Positions 7,026-15,184 of a stretch of 56,045 bases of DNA are shown here, in pieces. The notes under the pieces are model-generated. The model searched no databases. It worked only from the letters and a program-made list of their open reading frames with translations, and was not told where the DNA came from. How positions within the stretch are numbered: position 1 is the first letter of the stretch; each line of letters starts with the position of its first letter. The stretch lies in IMG/VR virus record IMGVR_UViG_3300027691_000002, positions 1 through 56,045 of that record; one strand, written 5' to 3'. A program made the position numbers and the translations under genes. Source of the DNA: a virus. Lineage: Duplodnaviria > Caudoviricetes.

Positions 7026-8431
7026 TGGCTACTCAGTATGATACTCTTGTAGATGATCTACTCACCGAGCTGAATGGTAAGCAGGGAGATCTAGAAAATA
7101 ACCAGGCTTACTTTGACGCCTCCTTCCGACTTCGTGCTCTTGGCCTGTCGACGCCTCCTGAGATGCGTTTTCTGACTGCGGCTGTAGGTTGGCCCGCCAT
7201 GTATATCCAGTCTCTTGAAGAGCGTCTGGACGTAGAAGACTTCCGTATGGGTGATGAATCCAGCGGTGATGATCGTCTGCGTGATTGGTGGCAGGCTAAT
7301 CTGCTAGATGTTGAATCCGGCCCTGGTCACACCGAAGCACTTGTGCATGGCATTGCGTATGTCACGGTATCTGCTCCTAATGAGGACTTGGACGAAGACC
7401 CAGAAATCCCGATTATCCGTCTGGAGAGTCCGTTCAACTTCATTGCAAAGCAGGATTACCGCACACGCAAGGTCAAGAATGCACTAAGGATCTACGAAGA
7501 TCCCGAGATCCCCAATGAGAAGTATGTTGCCTTGTACCTGCCAAACGAAACTGTGTACCTAGGGCAGAGTAAGAATCAGTCTTCTCAGTGGTTCGTCGAC
7601 TATCGAGTGAAGCATGACCTTGATCGAGTGCTTGTTTCTCCTTTGGTCAATCGCTCACGTATCCATGAATGGTGTGGTAGGTCAGAGATTTCGAGGGAAC
7701 TCAGGTCAGCCACCGATGCCGCATCTCGAATCATGATGAACCTTCAGTCTGCGGCTGAACTTATGGCAATCCCCCAGAGGATCTTGTTCGGTATCTCCGA
7801 GGAAGACTTCCCGATGGATGTTTCATCACCAGGTGCCAGCATGGAAGCCTATATGGCTCGAATCATGGCCTTTGAGAATGATCAGGGCAAGGCAACCCAG
7901 TTCTCTTCCGCTGATCTGCGTAACTATGTAGACGCCCTTCAGGAGCTTGCCAAGCAGGTTGCTTCCTACACTGGTCTACCCCCTCAGTACCTCTCCTTCT
8001 CTTCCGAGAATCCAGCTTCGGCTGAAGCCATCAAGTCATCTGAAGCCCGTCTCATCAAAAAGGTTGAGCGTAAGGCACGACTATTTGGTCAGTCTTGGGA
8101 AGAGGCAATGCGCCTCGGCATGCTTGTGATCGATGGATCTATTCCACGAGATGCTTTCAAGCTTGAAACTGTATGGCGTGATCCTTCTACTCCTACCTTT
8201 GCTGCTAAGTCTGACGGAATTACCAAGCTACATCAGCAGGGCATTATTCCGACCGAGCAGGCTCGTATCGACTTGGGCTACTCAGACATTCAGCGTAAGG
8301 AAATGGAGAAGATGGACAAGTCTGATCCAGTATCTCAGCTGAACCAGCTTCTGTTCACTCAGGATGCAACTCAGCAGGGACTAGACAACCAGGCAAATGC
8401 AGCTAGCCGAGTACAGTCGCGCCCAGCGTAG
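7025..8431 (+). CDS. portal protein
   Basis: follows TerL; 468 aa with WWQANLLD, GRSEI, NPASAEAI and WRDPSTPT motifs (L5 gp14-like). Confidence 0.92.
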   Translation: MATQYDTLVDDLLTELNGKQGDLENNQAYFDASFRLRALGLSTPPEMRFLTAAVGWPAMYIQSLEERLDVEDFRMGDESSGDDRLRDWWQANLLDVESGPGHTEALVHGIAYVTVSAPNEDLDEDPEIPIIRLESPFNFIAKQDYRTRKVKNALRIYEDPEIPNEKYVALYLPNETVYLGQSKNQSSQWFVDYRVKHDLDRVLVSPLVNRSRIHEWCGRSEISRELRSATDAASRIMMNLQSAAELMAIPQRILFGISEEDFPMDVSSPGASMEAYMARIMAFENDQGKATQFSSADLRNYVDALQELAKQVASYTGLPPQYLSFSSENPASAEAIKSSEARLIKKVERKARLFGQSWEEAMRLGMLVIDGSIPRDAFKLETVWRDPSTPTFAAKSDGITKLHQQGIIPTEQARIDLGYSDIQRKEMEKMDKSDPVSQLNQLLFTQDATQQGLDNQANAASRVQSRPA

Positions 8432-9206
8432 TATTACGTCTAGGGCTGTACAGCTAATTCTCAACCTTCTTATTCCGTATCGAGGCATTCCCCTTACTCA
8501 GACATCCTGGCGATTCATTGTGAGGGGGATGTTCCCCATTGTTGATTCTGCCAGGCGCGAGTCAGCCATTTTGATGCGTACCTTCTACGATTCACAGAGG
8601 GTAGAGCATGTAGGGGACGATGACTATGACATTGACATTCCTGCTTATGAGCTAGATTGGCTGGAAGAGTCTATGAAGCCCATCTTTGGTGAGGCTAGGG
8701 TCATCGATCTTGATGACGCCAAGGTAGTAGAAACTGCCTTTAGGGTTGCTAAGGAAGTAGAGAATGGTGGCCGTCGAACTGCGCTTAATGCGGTGCGAGG
8801 AGAAACCCGCCGTGTTGGGTTTGCACGTGTGGCCACGGGCAGGGAAACCTGTGCATTCTGTCTAATGTTGGTATCAAGGGGTCCTGTTTACAAGCGTGAA
8901 CTTAAGGCAGGTGCCAAGCACGAAGGCGCTGCTGAAATCCTTGAGACCAAGAACGATGTAAGTGATGAAGAGCTAGACGATCTGATGACCCGATGGCATC
9001 CAGGATGCGATTGCAAGGTTGTTCCAGTATTTGATGAGGACAACTGGGCTGGTCGTGAGGACTTCTTGCGGATGGAAGAAATCTGGAAGAAGGAAACCCG
9101 AGGATTCTACGGTGCACAGTTCACCAAGAACGACAAACTAAATGCCTTCAGGCGTGCAATTGAGCGTGGGGAAATCAACCCAGCTGAGTTCGCGGCTGCT
9201 GCTTAA
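8397..9206 (+). CDS. capsid maturation protein (MuF-like; L5 gp15-like)
   Basis: ARVATGRETCAFCLMLVSRGPVY and WHPGCDCKVVPVF motifs; between portal and scaffold. Confidence 0.8.
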   Translation: MQLAEYSRAQRSITSRAVQLILNLLIPYRGIPLTQTSWRFIVRGMFPIVDSARRESAILMRTFYDSQRVEHVGDDDYDIDIPAYELDWLEESMKPIFGEARVIDLDDAKVVETAFRVAKEVENGGRRTALNAVRGETRRVGFARVATGRETCAFCLMLVSRGPVYKRELKAGAKHEGAAEILETKNDVSDEELDDLMTRWHPGCDCKVVPVFDEDNWAGREDFLRMEEIWKKETRGFYGAQFTKNDKLNAFRRAIERGEINPAEFAAAA

Positions 9207-9253
9207 ATTACCAGTCCGGGTGACTGGTTCTACTACATCCCCAGGAGGGAACT

Positions 9254-9739
9254 ATGTCTGACGAGAACACTACCGACGCTAAGCCTGATGCCCAGAACAC
9301 TAACGATCTACCAGATTGGGCTCGAAAGGCCATCTCAGAGGCTAACAAGGAAGCTGCGAGTTATCGTGTAAAGGCTTCTACTGTGGCTGATGAAGTCAAG
9401 GCTGAAGTGACTGCGTCATTCAACGACCAGATCAAGTCCTTGTCGGACGAAAAGTCCGCCGTAGTGGCGGAACGTGATACTGCATCCAGCAATTATGCAA
9501 AGCTGGTTGCTGCCCTCGAAGCCGGTGTTCCAGGTGATACGGCCGTCGAGTTTGCCGCACTTCTTCAGGGATCAAAGCCTGAGGAATACAAGGCACATGC
9601 TGAAAAGCTTAAGGGAATGTTTGGTCCTGGCACCAAGCAGAAGGCAGTAGACCGTACTGCCGGATTTAATGGCTCAACTGAGTCCACCCCTGAAGATGCC
9701 TTTGCGGCACTATTCCAGTCGAGGCTTACGAAGAAGTAA
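9254..9739 (+). CDS. capsid scaffolding protein
   Basis: LPDWARKAISEANKEAASYR, coiled-coil and acidic; directly upstream of the MCP. Confidence 0.85.
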   Translation: MSDENTTDAKPDAQNTNDLPDWARKAISEANKEAASYRVKASTVADEVKAEVTASFNDQIKSLSDEKSAVVAERDTASSNYAKLVAALEAGVPGDTAVEFAALLQGSKPEEYKAHAEKLKGMFGPGTKQKAVDRTAGFNGSTESTPEDAFAALFQSRLTKK

Positions 9740-9765
9740 GCATTACAAGAAAAGGAACACCTTAA

Positions 9766-10764
9766 ATGGCAATGCTCAATGAGCTAGCACCGAATACTAC
9801 GAACGATCATCAGGGGCGTCTTGCTTACGTTCCGGATGACCTTCTTCCGAAGACCATTACCACCGAAATGTTTGCCAAGGCCCAGGAGAACTCCCTTGTT
9901 CTTCGTCTGGGTCGTCGAATCCCAGTGTCGTTTGGTGAGACTGTTATCCCGGTCAACGTCAAGCGTCCTGAGGTAGGACAGGTTGGTACTGGTACTACCA
10001 ACGCTCAGCGTGAAGGTGGAACTAAGCCACTGAGCGGCGTTGCGTGGGACAGCAAGGTTATGCAGCCGATCAAGCTTGCGACTATTGTTACTGTCTCTGA
10101 GGAATTTGCCCGAACTAACCCGCAGGGTTTCTATTCTCAGCTTCAGTCTGACCTTGGTTTCGCTATTGGTCGTGGTATTGACCTAGCCGTATTCCATGGC
10201 AAGCAGCCTCTAACCGGTGGCGCTCTTGCTGGTATTGACGCAGACAACGTTCTGAACAACACTACCAAGATTGTCAACACTGACACCTCTACTACCAACA
10301 ACCTTTATGACGAGCTGATCGCGGCTTACTCCCTGGTAACTGCGGATGACTTCGACTTTGATGGTTGGGCGGTAGACACCCGATTCCGTCCTCGCCTGAT
10401 TCAGGAAGGTGCGGAGCGTGATGTTAACGGTAACCTGGTTAACCCGCTTGGCCTTTCTCTGAACGGCACTGTGGGTAACATCCTCGGCTTCCCTGCGCAG
10501 TACGGCAAGGCTGTTCGTGGTGACCTTGGTGCGGCTACTGCGACTACCACCCAGATGATTGGTGGAGAGTTCCAGCAGCTTGCGTGGGGCTTTGCTGACA
10601 ACATCCGCTACAAGATTTCTGACCAGGTCACGCTGACTGATGGTACCAACACCATCTCAATGTGGCAGACTAACCAGGTTGCGCTGCTTGTTGAGTGCAC
10701 CTTCGGTTGGGTTGTCAACGACCTTGATGCGTTTGTAAAGATCATCAACCCATCGGGTAGCTAA
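9766..10764 (+). CDS. major capsid protein
   Basis: L5 gp17-like (NELAPNT..DHQGRLAYVPDDLLP, PIKLATIVTVSEEFAR, SMWQTNQVALLVE). Confidence 0.95.
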   Translation: MAMLNELAPNTTNDHQGRLAYVPDDLLPKTITTEMFAKAQENSLVLRLGRRIPVSFGETVIPVNVKRPEVGQVGTGTTNAQREGGTKPLSGVAWDSKVMQPIKLATIVTVSEEFARTNPQGFYSQLQSDLGFAIGRGIDLAVFHGKQPLTGGALAGIDADNVLNNTTKIVNTDTSTTNNLYDELIAAYSLVTADDFDFDGWAVDTRFRPRLIQEGAERDVNGNLVNPLGLSLNGTVGNILGFPAQYGKAVRGDLGAATATTTQMIGGEFQQLAWGFADNIRYKISDQVTLTDGTNTISMWQTNQVALLVECTFGWVVNDLDAFVKIINPSGS

Positions 10765-10845
10765 TCCGTAGGAAGGTTTCACTGATCCGTGAATTAAATG
10801 GGCCGGGTACGCCCCGCCTTCCGCTTTTCTTTTTAGGGACCGCCA

Positions 10846-11802
10846 ATGCGCATGGCAATTTTCCCGCACTTCTACGTACCATATCGCAATGCCGGTTCGG
10901 AAACCATGCTCCATGCGATGTGTAAGCGACTTATTGAGGCAGGACATGAGGTTGTTGTGTGGGCAACCGTCCTTCCTGAGGCTCCTCCCTTTTACGAGTA
11001 TGAGGGAGTGCCGGTCTACGTGACCAATGTGGTGTATGGACGTCAGCAGATCAAGGCCTGGAAGCCTGATGTGATTGTGTCTCACCACGATAATACTCAG
11101 AGGGCAGCCACTATTGCCAACTCCTTGGGTATCCCGTTTGTGTTTATCATGCACAACGACTTCTTGCCAAACCAAGAACTCCTGACTCTTAAGCCTGACT
11201 TGACCGTATTTAACACGGAATGGATCAGGTCTAAGTTCGACCACGTAGTCAATAGCTCTATGGTCCTCCACCCACCTGTATGGGCACACGAGCACATGAC
11301 TACGCCAGGAGATCACATCACACTGGTCAACCTGAACGAGAACAAGGGTTGCAGGGTCTTCTACGAAATGGCCAAGCGGTTTCCTGAGGAGAAGTTCTTA
11401 GGAGTCGTGGGCGGTCATGGTGATCAGATCATTGATGACTCACTGCCTAATGTGACCATCCAACCTCAGACGGCTAACATGAAGGAGGATGTATGGAAAC
11501 GGACTAAGATTTTGTTGATGCCAAGCATCTATGAGTCCTACGGCATGGCCGGAGTTGAGGCGCTTGCGTCGGGTATTCCAGTCCTAGCACACCCTACAGA
11601 GGGCCTGAGAGAGTCACAGGGGCCTTTTGGGTTGTTCCTGGATAGAGGAGACCTGGGAGCATGGGAACGTGCCTTAGAAGAGCTCTCAGACCCCATTAAG
11701 TGGCAAGCTGCATCTGTGCTGGCAAAGAAGCGTTCACTAGAACTAGATCCCAGCCCTGAACTTGACCGTTGGGTTGAGGAGATTGAAAGGCTGGTTAAGT
11801 AA
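10846..11802 (+). CDS. glycosyltransferase, GT-B fold (GT4-like)
   Basis: AGSETM N-terminal loop; LLMPSIYESYGMAGVEALASGIPVL (Ex7E) motif. Confidence 0.9.
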   Translation: MRMAIFPHFYVPYRNAGSETMLHAMCKRLIEAGHEVVVWATVLPEAPPFYEYEGVPVYVTNVVYGRQQIKAWKPDVIVSHHDNTQRAATIANSLGIPFVFIMHNDFLPNQELLTLKPDLTVFNTEWIRSKFDHVVNSSMVLHPPVWAHEHMTTPGDHITLVNLNENKGCRVFYEMAKRFPEEKFLGVVGGHGDQIIDDSLPNVTIQPQTANMKEDVWKRTKILLMPSIYESYGMAGVEALASGIPVLAHPTEGLRESQGPFGLFLDRGDLGAWERALEELSDPIKWQAASVLAKKRSLELDPSPELDRWVEEIERLVK

Positions 11803-11803
11803 T

Positions 11804-11971
11804 ATGGCTATTCTGACCAATGGTCGAGTGACCATGGAGGTATCCGATGAGAAGGCACAGCATTATGCCAATATGACTGGATACCGAATTGTACATGAAG
11901 ATCCCAAGGAACCAGAACCGGTTGTGCCGGAACCACGGAAGCCTAGGGGTCGCCCAAGGAAGGCGAACTAA
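11804..11971 (+). CDS. small head-tail region protein with AT-hook-like basic tail
   Basis: MAILTNGRVTMEVSDEKA...PRKPRGRPRKAN; position like the small post-capsid gene of cluster A. Confidence 0.6.
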   Translation: MAILTNGRVTMEVSDEKAQHYANMTGYRIVHEDPKEPEPVVPEPRKPRGRPRKAN

Positions 11972-12190
11972 ATGAAGTCAGCCCCTATTAAGGGCTATCG
12001 TGATCTGTCTCAGGCTGAGATCGATCTGATGAACAAGCTCAAGGAAGTTGCTGTTGAGGTTGGGACTTGGGTTGATATCGTTCTTGACGATCCAGACACT
12101 GACAAGCGCTGGGCTAACATTGCTAAGACGGATCTCCAGAAGGGATTCATGTCCCTGATTCGAGCTGTGGCTAAGCCAGAAACGTTCTAA
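11972..12190 (+). CDS. acb2: anti-CBASS cyclic-oligonucleotide sponge, Acb2 family
   Basis: IKGYRDLSQAEIDLMNKLKE...RWANIAKTDLQKGFMSLIRAVAKPETF matches the Acb2 / T4 Vs.4 pattern along its length (recognised from memory). Confidence 0.85.
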   Translation: MKSAPIKGYRDLSQAEIDLMNKLKEVAVEVGTWVDIVLDDPDTDKRWANIAKTDLQKGFMSLIRAVAKPETF

Positions 12191-12199
12191 GGAGTCTTA

Positions 12200-12691
12200 A
12201 TGGCGTATGCGACCTATCAGGATGTAGAAGCCAGGCTGGGTCGCACGCTTGACTCGTCTGAGCAGACTATTGTTACCACTCGTCTCAATGACGTTGAGCT
12301 AATGATTAGGTATCGTATTCCTGACTTGGATACTAAGGTATCTACAGGGGTTATTGATCCTCAGATGCTCATCATGATTGAGTGTGAGGCTATCCTACGT
12401 CTTATCCGAAACCCAGATGGTTTCACCTCAGAGACTGACGGTAACTACTCCTACCAGATTTCAGCGGCAGTTGCTTCAGGTAAGCTTGATATCCTGCCTT
12501 CAGAGTGGGCATTGCTGGGAATCAGGAATGGTGCTTTCACTATTCGTCCTTCCCTAGCCCCTCTTTACGGTAAGTGCCCATATCCGTGGGAGGACGTCAG
12601 TCTCCCTTTTGACCAGTTCCCGGAGTGGGATAGGACCACTCACCCTTGTTGGTGTGAGTTTATGACGGGAGATATCAAGTGTCCTTGCTAG
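12200..12691 (+). CDS. head-to-tail adaptor
   Basis: MAYAT..DVEARLGR.L, LRLIRNPDGFTSETDGNYSY (L5 gp19-like). Confidence 0.85.
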   Translation: MAYATYQDVEARLGRTLDSSEQTIVTTRLNDVELMIRYRIPDLDTKVSTGVIDPQMLIMIECEAILRLIRNPDGFTSETDGNYSYQISAAVASGKLDILPSEWALLGIRNGAFTIRPSLAPLYGKCPYPWEDVSLPFDQFPEWDRTTHPCWCEFMTGDIKCPC

Positions 12692-13035
12692 ATAAGGGTC
12701 GAGAAACTATCACCCTGTATAACGAAGAGACTTATATTGATGCAGATGGTAACCCTAGTCGTAGGGCTGGATCAACTCCTGTTGTTGTAAACAACTGCGT
12801 TGTACAATTGCTTGCCCAGTCAGGCACCAGTGCCAGGCGTACCGAAGACAACAACGAAGCATTCGACTCTGAGCAGGTGTACAGGCTTAGGCCTCCTAGG
12901 TCTTTCACAACTGTCATTGGAATGCATGCCAAGGTGATCTGGCAGGGAGTTGAATGGGCTGTTTTTGGTAAGGCTCGTAGGTACAATGGGTCTGACCGAA
13001 CTGCTCATATTGACTATATCCTCAGGAGGAACTGA
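12679..13035 (+). CDS. head-to-tail stopper
   Basis: MSLLDKG, QSGTSARR.E, EQVYRLR and RRYNGS motifs (L5 gp20-like). Confidence 0.8.
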   Translation: MSLLDKGRETITLYNEETYIDADGNPSRRAGSTPVVVNNCVVQLLAQSGTSARRTEDNNEAFDSEQVYRLRPPRSFTTVIGMHAKVIWQGVEWAVFGKARRYNGSDRTAHIDYILRRN

Positions 13036-13355
13036 TGGCCAACAGGGTTGATCTAATTCCTTCGAGCGATATTTCGAAGCATCTTGCCCAAGATGACAAG
13101 GTACAGGCAGCCCTGAGGGCTCGTGCCCAAAAGATGGCAAGAGTAGGTAAGGCTCTTCTGGCTATGCATCGTAAGACTGGTGCACATGATGTCAAGTACG
13201 AGGGTCACCGATCTACCACGGCTTACGGCCACATTGACCACTATGTAATCATGGATGGTCCTGCTCCTATCTCAGTAGAGTTTGGGCATCATACCGAAAA
13301 TGGCAAGTGGGTTAATGGATTGTACATCCTGACCCGTGCCATGCTAACCCCCTAA
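13035..13355 (+). CDS. tail completion / neck protein (L5 gp21-like)
   Basis: synteny; ISVEFGH..GLYILTRA motif. Confidence 0.7.
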   Translation: MANRVDLIPSSDISKHLAQDDKVQAALRARAQKMARVGKALLAMHRKTGAHDVKYEGHRSTTAYGHIDHYVIMDGPAPISVEFGHHTENGKWVNGLYILTRAMLTP

Positions 13356-13358
13356 GGA

Positions 13359-13775
13359 TTGTGGATGGTTACACGTAGAATCCCACGAATCCAGGAGGTT
13401 GTTCTACCCATTCTCAGGGCTGGACTGCCAGGAGTTGTGGTGACTTCCTGGGGAACCGATGTGGATGACCGAGTTTTTCCGTGGGTAAACATCCGTCGTC
13501 TTGGTGGTCTACCTGTGGATGTTGATATGTATGATCGTGCAGTTATCGAGGTTACTGCATACAGCGATACTAATTTGATCGACTGTGAAAATCTCTTGCT
13601 TGACGCCCGACAGGTGATCTGGAATGCCTGGAAGGCTCAGACAGTGGTTCCTGATAAGGGTTCCATTGGTTCCTACTTTGAGACACTAGGGCCGACCCAG
13701 TTCGATAGCCCTTACGACGATACCTGGCGTGTTCAGTACCTTGTCCAGTTGGGTATCCGGCCAATTCGAGTTTAA
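13359..13775 (+). CDS. tail terminator
   Basis: IPRIQEVVLPILR, FPWVNIRRLGG, ETLGPTQF; just upstream of the major tail gene. Confidence 0.8.
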   Translation: MWMVTRRIPRIQEVVLPILRAGLPGVVVTSWGTDVDDRVFPWVNIRRLGGLPVDVDMYDRAVIEVTAYSDTNLIDCENLLLDARQVIWNAWKAQTVVPDKGSIGSYFETLGPTQFDSPYDDTWRVQYLVQLGIRPIRV

Positions 13776-13790
13776 GGAGTTAGCCCTAAG

Positions 13791-14369
13791 ATGGCACTCA
13801 ATGACAATGCGGTAGTGCTTCCTGCGGTAGGTTACATCTATGTAGCTGCTGTAGACACTGCCTCCCCAACCCCTGCTCAGATTGAAGCATTCGATCCGGA
13901 CACTGGTCTTGTAGGCTGGACTCAGCTTGGACACACCTCACGTGATGATCTGCCGGTATTCGGTTTTGATGGCGGAGATGCTGAGACCCTGGGATCATGG
14001 CAGAATGCTTCCCTACGTCGTGTTACTACCGAAGCTGCTCAGGACTTCGTAACCTTCAATGCGCTACAGCTTGATGAGCAGATTCTATCCTACTACTATG
14101 GTGTATCCAATCCAGGTTCAACGGTAGGCAAGTTCGATGTAAGTGACTCTTCAGTTTCTGGCATCGAGACTGCGCTTGTGATTGTTATCGTGGATGGCGA
14201 CGCCACTGTTGGTTTCCATGCGTCTAAGGTTTCAATGGGTCGTGAGGACTCTATTGAGCTAGCCATTGACGAGTTTATCGGCGTTCCGCTTCGTGCTTCT
14301 ATCCTGAAGTCCGGAACCAACCCGCTATTCTCATGGCTGTCCTACGACACTGGTGTAAACCTGACGTAA
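13791..14369 (+). CDS. major tail protein
   Basis: MALNDNAV..AVGYIY, LGHTSRDDLP.FGFDGG, GSWQ (L5 gp23-like). Confidence 0.92.
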   Translation: MALNDNAVVLPAVGYIYVAAVDTASPTPAQIEAFDPDTGLVGWTQLGHTSRDDLPVFGFDGGDAETLGSWQNASLRRVTTEAAQDFVTFNALQLDEQILSYYYGVSNPGSTVGKFDVSDSSVSGIETALVIVIVDGDATVGFHASKVSMGREDSIELAIDEFIGVPLRASILKSGTNPLFSWLSYDTGVNLT

Positions 14370-14378
14370 TCAGTGTTT

Positions 14379-14428
14379 GGGGAGTGAGGAATTCTTGGCG
14401 GACCCTACCTCACTCCCCTATTTTTTAT
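14379..14428 (+). terminator. intrinsic terminator after the major tail gene
   Basis: GGGGAGTGAGG/CCTCACTCCCC stem followed by TATTTTTTATT. Confidence 0.75.
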
Positions 14429-14459
14429 TGGGTCCGTCTTACAACGAAAGGGTTCGCCA

Positions 14460-14795
14460 ATGTCTGATTTTACTCTTGATGATCTCAACCGAGCTGTACA
14501 GGCTAAGTATAAGCCGTGGGGCTTCAGTGCTGGTCGTACCAAGTTCTCTCTGAAGCAGGTTCTTGCTCTCCCAAAGGAGCAGCGTGACACTGTTCGTGCC
14601 ATGCTTCAGAAGCTGGACGACAACAAGAACGACCTGACCGAGGACGAGGTTGAGGCTATTCTCAAGGCAGTGCTTGACTACTTGGTTGAGGATGACAAGA
14701 CCGAAAAGCTTCTTGAAGTACTCGACAATGATCTGGTAAAGATTTCTGCTTTGTTCGAAGCCTACATGGAAGGTTCACAGGCGGGGGAAGCCTAG
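14460..14795 (+). CDS. tail assembly chaperone (short form)
   Basis: MSDFTLDDL..KYKP; between major tail and tape measure; ends at a slippery site. Confidence 0.88.
   Translation: MSDFTLDDLNRAVQAKYKPWGFSAGRTKFSLKQVLALPKEQRDTVRAMLQKLDDNKNDLTEDEVEAILKAVLDYLVEDDKTEKLLEVLDNDLVKISALFEAYMEGSQAGEA
14783..14789 (+). promoter_or_regulatory. programmed -1 ribosomal frameshift site GGGGGAA
   Basis: GCG GGG GAA in frame 0; the -1 frame (GGA AGC CTA GTC CTT GCC ACC TTG) is open into ORF 14807-15181. Confidence 0.85.
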
Positions 14796-15181
14796 TCCTT
14801 GCCACCTTGATTGACAAGGCTGGTGAGGAACTTTATCAGGATTTTAGGTCGCAGTACCAGCTGAACTTTGCTCATTGCCTTCAAGGGGAAATCACTCCAT
14901 CAGAAGTTATGCTTCTTATTCGTGGACTTGGACCAGGAACTAGGTTTGCTGCCAAGATGCAGGGTGGAGAGCAGTACCAGGAATGGAATTTGATTGCCTA
15001 TCAGATGGCAAACATTCTGGATGCTATCAACAACAACACTTACGTTCTGACTGCGGCTAACTCTAAGAGAAAGCCAAAGGCACCTAAGCCATCGTATCGT
15101 CCAGCAAAGGCCAAGGTAAAGCAGAACGCTTTCAGAACTCAACTTGAATTGGCCAAGCAACGAAAGGCTAGGGGAGGTTAA
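14786..15181 (+). CDS. tail assembly chaperone, frameshifted C-terminal part
   Basis: -1 frame continuation; basic KPKAPKP.YRP C-terminus typical of L5 gp25-like proteins. Confidence 0.82.
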   Translation, partial: GSLVLATLIDKAGEELYQDFRSQYQLNFAHCLQGEITPSEVMLLIRGLGPGTRFAAKMQGGEQYQEWNLIAYQMANILDAINNNTYVLTAANSKRKPKAPKPSYRPAKAKVKQNAFRTQLELAKQRKARGG

Positions 15182-15184
15182 CCC

